From the NCBI GenBank assembly GCA_963845065.1, contig CAWJQQ010000001.1:1088001-1152000 (forward strand): DNA of 64,000 nt, in the 5' to 3' direction. The notes below the pieces were generated by a model that worked only from the letters and a program-made list of their open reading frames with translations, searched no databases and was not told where the DNA came from. Positions within the stretch are counted from its first letter, which is position 1, and each line of letters opens with the position of its first letter. Origin of the DNA: Nitrospirota bacterium. Lineage in GTDB: Bacteria > Nitrospirota > UBA9217. The position numbers were made by a program, and so were the translations under genes. This document shows positions 48,395-58,670 of the stretch, piece by piece.

Positions 48395-48437
48395 AGGTCA
48401 TTTGTGTCTACACTTTTACCAAATTACAACGCTCATC

Positions 48438-50465
48438 ATGGAAAAGATACCTACTGAAATAAAGAAAAAAATGGAAAAGTTAGTAAGCGATATCAACGAG
48501 CACAATTACCGTTATCACGTCCTCGACGCCCCAGTCATCTCTGACGAAGAATACGACCGGCTCTTCAGACACTTGAAGGAGCTTGAGGAAAAGTACCATT
48601 ACCTCCTCCCCGATTCGCCTACCAAGCGCGTCGGAGCGCCGCCACTTGATAAATTCGAAAAAGTGAAGCACACTGTGCCCATGCTTTCCCTCGACAATGC
48701 TTTCACCCATGACGAGGTGCGTGAGTTTGACCAGCGCGTCAAACGTTTTCTGAAGTCTGATCAAAATGTCGAATACACAGTCGAGCCGAAGTATGATGGT
48801 CTCGCTATGGAACTCACGTATAGGAAAGGGTTGCTGGAAAAAGCTTCAACCCGCGGTGATGGCTACGAAGGCGAAGATGTTACCACAAACATTAAAACCA
48901 TCAGAGCAGTACCTCTCAAGATCGATGGGGTTCACGTCCCAGAAGAAATTGATATTCGCGGAGAAGTATATATGGATATCGACGAGTTCGAGAACCTAAA
49001 TAAAGAACGGGAAAAGAGCGATGAGCCGCTTTTTGCGAATCCACGCAATGCCGCAGCTGGTGCAGTGCGCCAGCTTGACTCCTCTATTACCGAGAAACGC
49101 AAACTTCATATGGCATGCTACGGATTAGGCACGGCAAAAGGAATAGAATTCAATGGCCAGGCGGATTTAATGGACTGGCTTAAAAAAGCCCATTTTCCGG
49201 TACCGCATTTTTTCAATATCGTAATAGGCATTGATAACGTTATTAACTCAATCAAGAAGATAGAAGAAAGTAGATCTCAATTTCCTTTTGAGACGGACGG
49301 TGCCGTTATCAAAGTCAACGATGCTAATCTTCAAAAAACGCTTGGCTTTAAAACCCGCGAGCCGCGCTGGGCAATTGCCTACAAATTTCCGGCACACCAG
49401 GGGACCACACAAGTTCAGGACATCATAGCGAGTGTGGGAAGAACGGGGGCAATAACACCGGTAGCGATGCTAAAACCCGTACAGATCGGGGGAGTTACAG
49501 TCTCGCGGTCAACTTTGCACAACTGGGACGAAATCGAGCGCAAAGATATCCGTATCGGTGATACTGTAGTCGTCGAACGTGCGGGAGACGTTATACCGCA
49601 TGTTGTAACTGTCATCATGGAAAAACGGACAGGTCAGGAAAAGAAATTTCTGCCTCCCGGAATCTGCCCAGTTTGCGGGTCGCACGTTGTGAGGGAAGAG
49701 GGTGAGGTTGCCTATCGTTGCATTGGACTGAACTGCGAGGCTCAGGTGCTTGAAAAAATCATCCACTATGCCTCACGCGGAGCCATGGACATCGAACATC
49801 TTGGCGAGAAAAATGTCGAACTTCTTTACAGTCAGGGTCTTATCAGACATTTCGTTGATCTTTATAAGCTTAAAAAGGTGCAACTGCTCGATCTTCCGCG
49901 TTACGCCGAAAAGTCGGCACAAAACCTGATCGATGCCATTGAGAAGAGCAGAACGACAACGCTCTCCCGCTTCCTTTACGCTCTCGGCATTCTACACGTC
50001 GGAGAGTATGCGGCTAAGCAGCTTGCTAAGAACTTCAAAAATCTTGATGATCTGTACCGTGTGAAGCCTGAACGCATCATGGAAATCAAACAGATGGGCG
50101 AGAAGCTTGCGGAATCGATCTCCAGTTTCTTCAGTGAAAAAGAAAATCTTCAGACCCTTGACGCTCTTAAGAAACTGGGGTTGAAAATAGTCAATGAGGA
50201 TTTCGAACGTGAAAGATCGATCAAAGCAATAAGACCATTGGAAGGACTTACTTTTGTTATTACAGGAACTTTATCTCGACCGCGGCAAGAATTAGAGGAA
50301 ATGATCGAACGTCTCGGAGGTCATGCGGCTGGCTCGGTGTCGAAAAAAACGAGCTACGTACTGGCAGGGGAAGCAGCAGGCAGCAAGTTGGATAGGGCAA
50401 GAGAACTCGGCGTGAAGGTGGTCGATGAAAAGAAATTTATGGAGATGGTTGAGGGACGCAAATGA
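48438..50465 (+). CDS. ligA: NAD-dependent DNA ligase
   Basis: PMLSLDN, EPKYDG, ANPRNAAAG, PRWAIAYKF, Zn finger, BRCT. Confidence 0.97.
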   Translation: MEKIPTEIKKKMEKLVSDINEHNYRYHVLDAPVISDEEYDRLFRHLKELEEKYHYLLPDSPTKRVGAPPLDKFEKVKHTVPMLSLDNAFTHDEVREFDQRVKRFLKSDQNVEYTVEPKYDGLAMELTYRKGLLEKASTRGDGYEGEDVTTNIKTIRAVPLKIDGVHVPEEIDIRGEVYMDIDEFENLNKEREKSDEPLFANPRNAAAGAVRQLDSSITEKRKLHMACYGLGTAKGIEFNGQADLMDWLKKAHFPVPHFFNIVIGIDNVINSIKKIEESRSQFPFETDGAVIKVNDANLQKTLGFKTREPRWAIAYKFPAHQGTTQVQDIIASVGRTGAITPVAMLKPVQIGGVTVSRSTLHNWDEIERKDIRIGDTVVVERAGDVIPHVVTVIMEKRTGQEKKFLPPGICPVCGSHVVREEGEVAYRCIGLNCEAQVLEKIIHYASRGAMDIEHLGEKNVELLYSQGLIRHFVDLYKLKKVQLLDLPRYAEKSAQNLIDAIEKSRTTTLSRFLYALGILHVGEYAAKQLAKNFKNLDDLYRVKPERIMEIKQMGEKLAESISSFFSEKENLQTLDALKKLGLKIVNEDFERERSIKAIRPLEGLTFVITGTLSRPRQELEEMIERLGGHAAGSVSKKTSYVLAGEAAGSKLDRARELGVKVVDEKKFMEMVEGRK

Positions 50466-51307
50466 GGCTTGGTTTTCACGTTTCAATCTCCGGAGGATTT
50501 TCTTACTCAGTGCAGCGTGCTTTCGAGCTGGGTTGCACCTGTATGCAGATATTCTGTCGAAATCCTCGCGGTTGGATTGTGAAGCCGCTCGATAAAGACG
50601 ATATAAATGAATTCAAAAAATTACGTGAACAGTGGGACATCGGCCCTGTTTTTGTCCATACGAATTATCTTATCAACCTTGCCTCCTCTCGTCCTGACCT
50701 CTACGAAAAATCTATTGAGCAATTTGTGATAGACATGGAACGAACAGAAGCGTTAGGAGCTGAATATCTTGTGACACATCTGGGCTCGGCGAGCGGAGCG
50801 GACCCGGCATGGATGATCAACCGCGTGTCAGATGCTATCAATATGGCTATGAAACTTCATCCACCCATATCGACGATCCTTCTTGAAAATACCGCAGGTG
50901 AGAAGGGTGATATAGGTTATAATTTAGAACAGATTCAGGAGGTCATTTCCAAACTAAAAGATGCCACACGCATAGGTATCTGTTACGATACTTGCCACGG
51001 CTTTGCCGCTGGGTATGATATCCGTACGAAGAAGCACGTAGAAGCTCTTGCAAAAAAGATGGATTCAACAGTGGGGCTTAAGCGTCTGAAGGGTTTGCAT
51101 CTCAATGATTGTCTTCGAGACTTCGGTTCCCATGTGGACCGGCACTGGCACATTGGCGAAGGGAAAATTGGGCTTGATGGTTTTAAAGTATTACTTAACC
51201 ATTCTGCGTTCAAAAACGTTCCGAAGATCATGGAAACTCCAAAAGAGACAGAAGAGGATGATATCCGGAACATGAAAACTGTAAAATCGCTCGTAATAAA
51301 GAACTAG
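50462..51307 (+). CDS. nfo: Endonuclease IV
   Basis: GFHVSISGG, YLINLAS, LLENTAG, DTCH, HLND, DRH, METP. Confidence 0.95.
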   Translation: MRLGFHVSISGGFSYSVQRAFELGCTCMQIFCRNPRGWIVKPLDKDDINEFKKLREQWDIGPVFVHTNYLINLASSRPDLYEKSIEQFVIDMERTEALGAEYLVTHLGSASGADPAWMINRVSDAINMAMKLHPPISTILLENTAGEKGDIGYNLEQIQEVISKLKDATRIGICYDTCHGFAAGYDIRTKKHVEALAKKMDSTVGLKRLKGLHLNDCLRDFGSHVDRHWHIGEGKIGLDGFKVLLNHSAFKNVPKIMETPKETEEDDIRNMKTVKSLVIKN

Positions 51308-51404
51308 AGTGCTGCATGAGAACAGATTTTATGAAAGAGAGAATTGATTTGAGAAAGGAGTTCATCTCTTTTCAAAAGAATTATATATCTGATAGGGGGA
51401 TCAT

Positions 51405-51860
51405 TTGATAAAATATCTAAGCTCAGCTTTCCTTTTCATAATACTGATTACAATCCCAGTATATGCTGCGAGCAAAGACGATATCGTCGGTATTTGGAAT
51501 AACGAGGAGAAAGACGCGAAAATCGAGATATTCAAATGCGCTGAAAAATACTGCGGCAAGATTATATGGCTTAAAGTACCAAGTTATCCGGCAGATTCAA
51601 AGGACGGCGTTCCCGGGACTCAGAAGCTTGATCGAAATAATCCTGATCTTGTGCTCAGGGCAAGACCGATTCTTGGTCTCGAGATAGTACAGAATTTTAT
51701 TTATAAAGGTGAAAATAAGTGGGTAGACGGGAAAATATACGACCCGAAGAACGGCAAGACTTACAGTGGTAAAATGACCCTGGTCTTGCCGAATCAACTT
51801 GGCTTACGGGGGTTCATTGGGATATCTTTGCTTGGCCGGACAACAACATGGACAAGGTAA
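51405..51860 (+). CDS. DUF2147 family secreted protein
   Basis: Signal peptide, G.W, CGKIIW, D.NNPD..LR.RPILG, GKIYDPKNGKTY, LRGFIG. Confidence 0.88.
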   Translation: MIKYLSSAFLFIILITIPVYAASKDDIVGIWNNEEKDAKIEIFKCAEKYCGKIIWLKVPSYPADSKDGVPGTQKLDRNNPDLVLRARPILGLEIVQNFIYKGENKWVDGKIYDPKNGKTYSGKMTLVLPNQLGLRGFIGISLLGRTTTWTR

Positions 51861-51898
51861 ACAAGGTGAAAGTATAGGAGGAGAGGAGTACGCTGTTC

Positions 51899-52300
51899 AT
51901 GGATGAAAGTCAACAGAGACTTGTAGGCGATAAGTTGAAACAGGCAAAAGAATCTCTGGAGGATGCAAAGGCACTCATGGTCCAGGACGTGGAAGTCAAT
52001 TTCGTGATGAACAGCCTGTACTATGCTTTTTTGTATCCCGTCCTCGGGCTACTTCAGGCTTCAGGAATAGCGGCGCATATGCAAAGCACGGCGATATCTC
52101 TCTTTGAGCAGGAATCCTCTGATAGATGGGGTATAGATGACAGGTTTATTGGTGCACTACGAAAGGCTTTTGAACTTCGACCTGCTTGCACCTGTGAAGG
52201 GCAAAAAAAGGCAACGCCTAAGGACGTAGAACAACTCTTGCCTTTAGCTGAAGAATTTTTAAAAAAAGTCGAACAGCTGATTTCATCAAATGACCATTGA
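51899..52300 (+). CDS. HEPN-domain protein (orphan, divergent)
   Basis: AKESLEDA..L, N.LYYA, ISLF, AFELR, AEEFL helical pattern of MNT-associated HEPNs. Confidence 0.7.
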   Translation: MDESQQRLVGDKLKQAKESLEDAKALMVQDVEVNFVMNSLYYAFLYPVLGLLQASGIAAHMQSTAISLFEQESSDRWGIDDRFIGALRKAFELRPACTCEGQKKATPKDVEQLLPLAEEFLKKVEQLISSNDH

Positions 52301-52814
52301 TCACCTGTCCGGCCATACCTCGGCTAGGTGCGAATAGCGATGCGCGGGGGCACGCGGACAACGTTTTTTTATGGTCATTCTTTGGTCGTTTGTTGATTCA
52401 TGAAAGATATCGCCAACACTGTCAACATTGAGGTCGGATAACTTCCCAACGCGAACAACTCGAACTGGCTGTTTTAAGGTTGTTTGCGAGAGTTAAATTA
52501 TCTGGTCGACTTAGCTTCCAGTATCGGGTATGCATTTTGCGGATTCCTTTAAGCTCCAGGAACACATGTGTCGGAAATAAGGATCTGTAATTGAAAACAT
52601 TGACCGGCTTTGTCCGTTTTCTAAGGATTGTCACAAATGCGGTTCTATCCACAAAGTCTTGAATTTGAATGATTGTATCTGGACCCGTTTTGTGTGGAAA
52701 ATAGAACATGCTAGAGGTGAAATGCTGAAATTGTGATCCACAAAGTGGGTGAATCTAACCATTGGAGAAGAGCAGTAGGACTGACTTTCTATACGACAGC
52801 AATTCCGCCTGTAG

Positions 52815-52853
52815 CCCAGAATCCCGCACGACTTAATGGTCGGAGTACGATAA
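52815..52853 (+). mobile_element. Degenerate orphan IS200/IS605-type right end
   Basis: CCCAGAATCCCGCACGACTTAATGGTCGGAGTACGATAA aligns with the 22415-22453 end. Confidence 0.5.
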
Positions 52854-52955
52854 AAACGAAATTCATTTCTGGATTTTTCCCCCTGCCTCTGGTATATTAC
52901 AATAACTTTTCAAATTTGGATTATTTTATGACAAGTTTAGAGTGCAGGATTTATC

Positions 52956-53912
52956 GTGAAAGTAGCAGAATATTCTCATAAGAAATCAACGATTAGGCGT
53001 TATAACACTTTCGGTCAATATATGAAGGACCTGTATCACGTGCCTGTCTATAAGGTTAACGTGGATGCTGGGTTCACGTGCCCGAACCGCGATGGCACGG
53101 TGGCCACAGGCGGTTGTATATACTGCAATAATGACAGTTTCCGACCTGCGGCTTGCATGAGTACCGTTTCGATACGTGAACAGATACAAAAGGGGATCCC
53201 CTATCTCCGCTCGCGTTATGGTGCGGAGAAATTTATCGTTTACTTCCAGCCGTACACGAACACCTATGCTGCTGTTGAGATTCTTGAACAGCTCTACCGG
53301 GAGGCGCTTGATAACCCCGGAGTTGTCGGGCTCGCCATCGGCACACGACCTGACTGCATTGACAATGAAAAAATCGGGCTTCTGGAAACTCTTGCACGCG
53401 ATCATTTTGTTCTTGTTGAATACGGACTCCAATCCATTTACGACAAAACCCTGGATTTTATTAACCGTGGCCATAACTACTCATGTTTTAAAAATGCATT
53501 ATCGCTGACCATCGGAAGGGGCATCAAGGTGGGGGCTCATATCATCCTCGGATTGCCGACTGAGACGCGTGAGGAGATGCTCGGTATGGCTGATGAACTT
53601 TCGCACCTGCCGATTGAGTTTCTCAAGATCCACCAGCTGCAAGTCGTCAGAGAAACGGAACTTGCCGGCTTATATACAACAAAGCCATTCCCAACGTTTG
53701 GGTATGAAGAGTATCTGACAATGCTTGCAGATTTTCTTGAACGGCTTGCTCCCGGCATCATTCTGCAGCGCCTCTTCGCGGCGGCACCGGAGGGGATTCT
53801 TATCGCGCCGATATGGAACAAGACCCGAAGTGCATTTTTGAATGACTTCGACGCCTATCTTGAAAAACGCGATAGCTTTCAAGGAAAGCTACGCGCTCCG
53901 CATGGATTATAA
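52956..53912 (+). CDS. TIGR01212-type (YhcC-like) radical SAM protein
   Basis: DAGFTCPNRDG, GGCIYC, YFQPYTNTYA, IGTRPDC, INRGH, HIILGLP. Confidence 0.92.
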   Translation: MKVAEYSHKKSTIRRYNTFGQYMKDLYHVPVYKVNVDAGFTCPNRDGTVATGGCIYCNNDSFRPAACMSTVSIREQIQKGIPYLRSRYGAEKFIVYFQPYTNTYAAVEILEQLYREALDNPGVVGLAIGTRPDCIDNEKIGLLETLARDHFVLVEYGLQSIYDKTLDFINRGHNYSCFKNALSLTIGRGIKVGAHIILGLPTETREEMLGMADELSHLPIEFLKIHQLQVVRETELAGLYTTKPFPTFGYEEYLTMLADFLERLAPGIILQRLFAAAPEGILIAPIWNKTRSAFLNDFDAYLEKRDSFQGKLRAPHGL

Positions 53913-53986
53913 ATGGAAGATGTGAATTAAAAAATTGCGAATTATAGCCCGTACTTTCTAATTTTCTATGAACCGAAGGTGAATCA

Positions 53987-54676
53987 ATGATTGATCTCCA
54001 TACGCATTCCTTATTCAGCGACGGCGTGCTCGTCCCCTCGGAACTTGTTCGGCGCGCGGTGATAAAAGGCTATGAAATGATTGCTATAACAGACCATGGC
54101 GACGCATCGAACCTTGACTTCACTATTCCACGCGTGGCTGCAGTATGCAAGGAGTTAAATAGACGCTGGAAAATCACGGCGATACCGGGAATCGAACTGA
54201 CTCATATACCACCAGAGACCTTTACGGAGCTTACGCAGCGTGCCCGTTCACTCGGGGCGGTAATAATCGTAGCCCATGGAGAGACTCTTGTCGAACCGGT
54301 CCATCCCGGTACAAACCGTGCTGCAATCGAGGCAAAGGTGGACATTCTAGCTCATCCCGGACTTATTACAAAAGAGGAAACATCTCTTGCTGCGAAGAAC
54401 GGGGTATGCTTGGAGATCACGACCCGCAAAGGACACAGTTTGTCGAACGGGCACGTTGCCAAGGTGGCGCTTGAGGCTGGCGCTACCTTAGTCATCGACA
54501 CGGACACGCACGAACCTGGAGATCTTGTCGATGATGAACAGGCCAGATATATTTTACGTGGTGCAGGCTTGAGTGTGGAACAGACCGAAATTGTGTTCCA
54601 TAATTCAAGGGAACTAGCAACTAAGGCAGCGACTGCTTTTAAAAAAAATAATTCGTCGTTTATCCAATGCGGTTAA
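53987..54676 (+). CDS. PHP-domain phosphoesterase
   Basis: DLHTHSLFSDG, ITDH, ELTH, HGET, AHPG, DTH. Confidence 0.9.
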   Translation: MIDLHTHSLFSDGVLVPSELVRRAVIKGYEMIAITDHGDASNLDFTIPRVAAVCKELNRRWKITAIPGIELTHIPPETFTELTQRARSLGAVIIVAHGETLVEPVHPGTNRAAIEAKVDILAHPGLITKEETSLAAKNGVCLEITTRKGHSLSNGHVAKVALEAGATLVIDTDTHEPGDLVDDEQARYILRGAGLSVEQTEIVFHNSRELATKAATAFKKNNSSFIQCG

Positions 54677-54716
54677 AATTTGCAAGATTAATACATTCAC
54701 CAGGAGGTTGTACCAG

Positions 54717-55430
54717 ATGCCGACCATAAAAAAAAGAAGTGGAGCTGTGAAGGTTCAACAGGAGCAACAGATTGCGACGCTGGCGCATAAAATACAAAGC
54801 CTCATAGCGGGATACAGGATACATTTTCTGATCGTTGCTTTTTCCATTGTTGTTGTGATCATGTTGTTCGCAGGCTTTTCCCTTCTGCGTGCTGCCCAAG
54901 AAAAGAAGGCGACTCCGTTGGTTGCCGTTGCCTATGAATATTATAGCTCTTCTACAGGGACGAATATGACTTATGGGAAGGCGCTCGATCTGTTTCGTGA
55001 CGTTCAGAAAAAATATCCTGATACGGTCAGCGGGGCAATAGCTCAGTACTATATCGGCAACTGCCTTGTTAATCTCGGTCGAATTGATGAAGCACTCAAG
55101 GAATACCAGCTCTTCGTTGCGAAATATTCCCGTGACAAGTTCCTTCTCGGACTCGTATATCAGCGCATTGGTTATGCCTATCTCGCGCTGGGCAAGCAGG
55201 ATGATGCCAAGAAGGCATTCGAACAAGCTGAAGCACTGACCGGACCGAGTGTAGCGACAGTTGAACTTGCCAGGCTATATGAAGCAGAGGGCAATAAGCT
55301 CGAAGCTGAGGCAAAATATAAAGTTATAATGGATAAGATGAGTGGGACCTCCTGGGGAATGGAAGCGATGGGAAAGGTCCAGAAGATTTCTCCTCCCCCA
55401 CAAGTTGGGGAAACCCAATCAGCAAAATAG
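54717..55430 (+). CDS. Membrane-anchored TPR protein (YfgM-like)
   Basis: SD AGGAGG, one TM, TPR-like repeats. Confidence 0.8.
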   Translation: MPTIKKRSGAVKVQQEQQIATLAHKIQSLIAGYRIHFLIVAFSIVVVIMLFAGFSLLRAAQEKKATPLVAVAYEYYSSSTGTNMTYGKALDLFRDVQKKYPDTVSGAIAQYYIGNCLVNLGRIDEALKEYQLFVAKYSRDKFLLGLVYQRIGYAYLALGKQDDAKKAFEQAEALTGPSVATVELARLYEAEGNKLEAEAKYKVIMDKMSGTSWGMEAMGKVQKISPPPQVGETQSAK

Positions 55431-55893
55431 TGGAATGATGTCAATCGAAAGGTAAATCCAGTTCTCGTCGGTGAACCCAAGCCGTAAGGGCAGAGGAGAC
55501 AGGCTTGGCCTCATAAAAAAGCGGATTTCGCTTAGCAAATCTAAGCCCAATTGGGAAAGTTTTTTTAAATATATTATATCTGCCTCTGCTCCTCCACTTG
55601 AGTTCGTGGTTTTGCACGAATGCACAATGTTCTGACCGGACTGATCGCGGACCGTAAGGGATGCTGGCTATAGCCACAGATACGAGGAACCTGTGAACTT
55701 GGTACCATGTAGGCCAGATAACGCAAAACTCGATCAAAAAGCGACGTAAGAACACCCCTGTTGCTGTTGCAGCACGTTATTAATAGATCACATAAATCCT
55801 GAACACACCGTCAACGATTATTCGAATGGACATTCTACATTATTTAATTGCGATAAAATATTTCAGTGACTGTCGAAGAACTAATGAACGCCT

Positions 55894-58497
55894 ATGCTGA
55901 CAAAAAGTGATTTAAAGATTTTATTCCTTGCCATTATTGGTTCTTTCCTGCTCTGGGTTGTCTATTCCTGTATTGACAGCTTAGTATTTCACGTGGCGTT
56001 CATCCCGTCCCTTTTCTACACTTCCTCGCATGAACTTTACTTCCGGTTCTTTGGGGCCCTTAGTTTGATCATTTTCAGTTTAATAATCATTCAAATCAGA
56101 AAAAAACACAGGCAAATTGAAGAACGTTACAGGAACCTTGTAGAACTGGCGACCGATATTATTTACGTTTTAGACAAGGACGGCAATTACGTATTTATGA
56201 ACGACGCAGCATACCATATTCTGGAGTATGCTCCCGAAGAGGTAATAGGCAAACCGTGGCTGCAATTTATCCACCCTGAAGAACGGGAAAAGACGATGGA
56301 TAAATGGAAGGAGATGGCCAAGCAGGGAATAGACGTTTTTTATTTTGAAAATCGCTATATTACCAAAAGCGGTCAGTCTATTTCTATTATACACAATATA
56401 CGGTTTATCAGGAATGGAAAAGGAGCGCATGTCGGTACCCAGGTGATAGCACGGGATATAACTGAGCGGAAAGAGGCGGAAGAAGAACTTAAAAAAGCTA
56501 TGATGAAAATTGAAGACGAGAAGGTACGGTTTGAATCGATTATTTCAGCAATCGGAGACGGCATCAACATTTTAAACATGGATTTCAGGGTCCAGTACCA
56601 GAACCACGCCCAAAAAATGATGACCGGTGGAGGCGGAATCGGTGAAATTTGCTATTTGACGTATGGTGACGGGCACGTCTGCCCGGGCTGCCCTGTGGCT
56701 GAGACATTTCGTGACGGCAGGATTCACACAATGGAGAAAACGACAGTCCGGAATGATGAGATTAGGACATTGGAAATCAAGGCTTCTCCGTTGCTAGACT
56801 CCACCGGCAAGATTGTTGCTGGAATAGAAGCTATCAGGGACATCACTGATCGCAGGATGGCTGAAGAACAACTGATTCTTTTCTCCGAAGTGATCGAAGA
56901 GGCAATGGACGGTATCCAGATCATCGATCTCGAGGGGAGGGTCGTCTATTCGAATAAGGCAGTTGAAGAGATTTACGGTTATTCTCCAAGCGAACTCGCA
57001 GGCAGGAATATCAATGACATGAATGCGGATAGGGAGTTTGCCAATAGAATTATCATGCCTCAATTAAAAACGTCCGGACGGTGGAACGGTGAACTTCTCG
57101 TTGTCCACAAAGATGAAAGGATATTCCCCGTCTGGGTATCGGCCTCAATGGTAAAAAATCAGCGAGGTGAGCCAATCGCTATGGTCGAAATCATACGCGA
57201 TATCACTGAACGGAAGCAGGCCGAAGGGATTCTAAAGAGGAACCATGAACAGTTGATGAAGCTTGTCGAAGAGCGTACACGGGAACTAACCCGTACAAAT
57301 GAAAAACTGCGCAAGGAGATCGAAGACCGTGAACGGATGGAAGGGGAACTCGTAAAGGCCCAAAAACTCGAATCACTGGGGACTCTCGCCGGTGGTATCG
57401 CCCATGACTTTAATAACCTGCTCGCTTCCATCTTGGGTAATATATCTCTGGCCATGCTCGATCTACAGCCCTCGGAAGGTCCCTATCGCCAACTGGAGGC
57501 TGCAGAACGTGCTTCCCTCAGGGCACAAGACCTTACGTTACAGCTCCTGACCTTTTCGAAAGGCGGAGCGCCAGTTAAAAGAACAACGGTGATTTCCGAA
57601 TTGATCAAAGAAACTGCGGGATTTGCCCTGAGCGGATCGCGCGTTCGACACGAGTTCTCCTTCGCTGACGAGCTTTGGCTGCTCGATATCGATGAAGGTC
57701 AGATCAGTCAAGTCATCCACAATCTAGTCATTAACGCTGATCATGCCATGCCTGAAGGCGGGACTATAACGATTTACTGTGAAAACTGCGTCATCACTGA
57801 TTCGAGCGGTCTTCCTCTACGGCCGGGGGATTACGTAAAGGTCAGTGTGAAAGATCACGGCGTTGGGATCGTCCGGGAGCATCTTTCAAAGATTTTTGAT
57901 CCTTACTTTACCACCAAGCAAAAAGGAAGCGGCTTAGGGCTCGCTACGTCCTATTCGATCATCAAGAAACACGGTGGGCATATCATGGCCGAATCTGAAT
58001 TGGGCGTCGGCACGACTTTTACCTTTTATCTTCCAGCATCGAGGGCCAGAAAGCTTCCCAAACGAGCCGATGAAATGATACTAGTCACAGGGACTGGCAA
58101 AATACTTCTGATGGACGATGAGGAGGATGTCAGGCAGACGACCGGCGATGTGTTGAAGCGGCTTGGCTACGAGGTTCAGTTTGCCGAGGATGGAGCAAAA
58201 GCGATAGAATTATATCAGCAAGCAAAAAAATCAGGTCAGTCATTTGATGCAGTTATCATGGACCTGACTGTCCCCGGAGGTATGGGGGGCAGGGATGCAT
58301 TGACCAAACTCCTTGCAATAGACCCGAAAGTAAAGGCAATCGTATCAAGCGGTTATTCTAACGACCCGATCATGGCGGATTTTCGGAGGTACGGTTTCCG
58401 CGGTGTTGTGACCAAGCCCTACCGACTAAAAGATCTGGGAGAGACATTGCGCAATGTATTACTGAACGGAGTGTCCAAGCCGTCTGATACTGACTAA
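55894..58497 (+). CDS. Hybrid multi-PAS sensor histidine kinase with receiver domain
   Basis: 2 TM, three PAS/PAC (RDITER), AHDFNN, FTTK, GSGLGL, C-terminal receiver. Confidence 0.93.
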   Translation: MLTKSDLKILFLAIIGSFLLWVVYSCIDSLVFHVAFIPSLFYTSSHELYFRFFGALSLIIFSLIIIQIRKKHRQIEERYRNLVELATDIIYVLDKDGNYVFMNDAAYHILEYAPEEVIGKPWLQFIHPEEREKTMDKWKEMAKQGIDVFYFENRYITKSGQSISIIHNIRFIRNGKGAHVGTQVIARDITERKEAEEELKKAMMKIEDEKVRFESIISAIGDGINILNMDFRVQYQNHAQKMMTGGGGIGEICYLTYGDGHVCPGCPVAETFRDGRIHTMEKTTVRNDEIRTLEIKASPLLDSTGKIVAGIEAIRDITDRRMAEEQLILFSEVIEEAMDGIQIIDLEGRVVYSNKAVEEIYGYSPSELAGRNINDMNADREFANRIIMPQLKTSGRWNGELLVVHKDERIFPVWVSASMVKNQRGEPIAMVEIIRDITERKQAEGILKRNHEQLMKLVEERTRELTRTNEKLRKEIEDRERMEGELVKAQKLESLGTLAGGIAHDFNNLLASILGNISLAMLDLQPSEGPYRQLEAAERASLRAQDLTLQLLTFSKGGAPVKRTTVISELIKETAGFALSGSRVRHEFSFADELWLLDIDEGQISQVIHNLVINADHAMPEGGTITIYCENCVITDSSGLPLRPGDYVKVSVKDHGVGIVREHLSKIFDPYFTTKQKGSGLGLATSYSIIKKHGGHIMAESELGVGTTFTFYLPASRARKLPKRADEMILVTGTGKILLMDDEEDVRQTTGDVLKRLGYEVQFAEDGAKAIELYQQAKKSGQSFDAVIMDLTVPGGMGGRDALTKLLAIDPKVKAIVSSGYSNDPIMADFRRYGFRGVVTKPYRLKDLGETLRNVLLNGVSKPSDTD

Positions 58498-58615
58498 AGA
58501 AAGACTGGAATCGTAGACCGTATTTCACACCGGATTATATCCTGGTGTTTAAAGTGATGTATCCATTTTGAGCAAAATATGTAGACCTAAACAGTCGTTG
58601 AGCATTATATTCTTG

Positions 58616-58643
58616 AAAAAAGGCTGAAAGCAATACCCAGCCT
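58616..58643 (-). terminator. Rho-independent terminator of the mltD-like gene
   Basis: On the minus strand, stem AGGCTG...CAGCCT followed by a T run. Confidence 0.55.
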
Positions 58644-58670
58644 GTTGCATTTTTTATATGTGTTTCCTGC

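Noticed and set aside
48395..48402. 8-nt match of the mini-element guide (AGGTCATT) to the queE upstream region near 60196
   Set aside because: Too short to exceed chance and not preceded by TTAT.
52422..52709. 95-aa minus-strand ORF
   Set aside because: No recognisable domain or SD; sits in a decayed intergenic region beside an IS-end relic.
55448..55512. c-di-GMP-I (GEMM) riboswitch-like start AAAGGTAAATCC
   Set aside because: Lacks the GNRA-capped P2 stem and the GACGCAAAGC core; only a CCAAGCC/GGCTTGG stem is evident.
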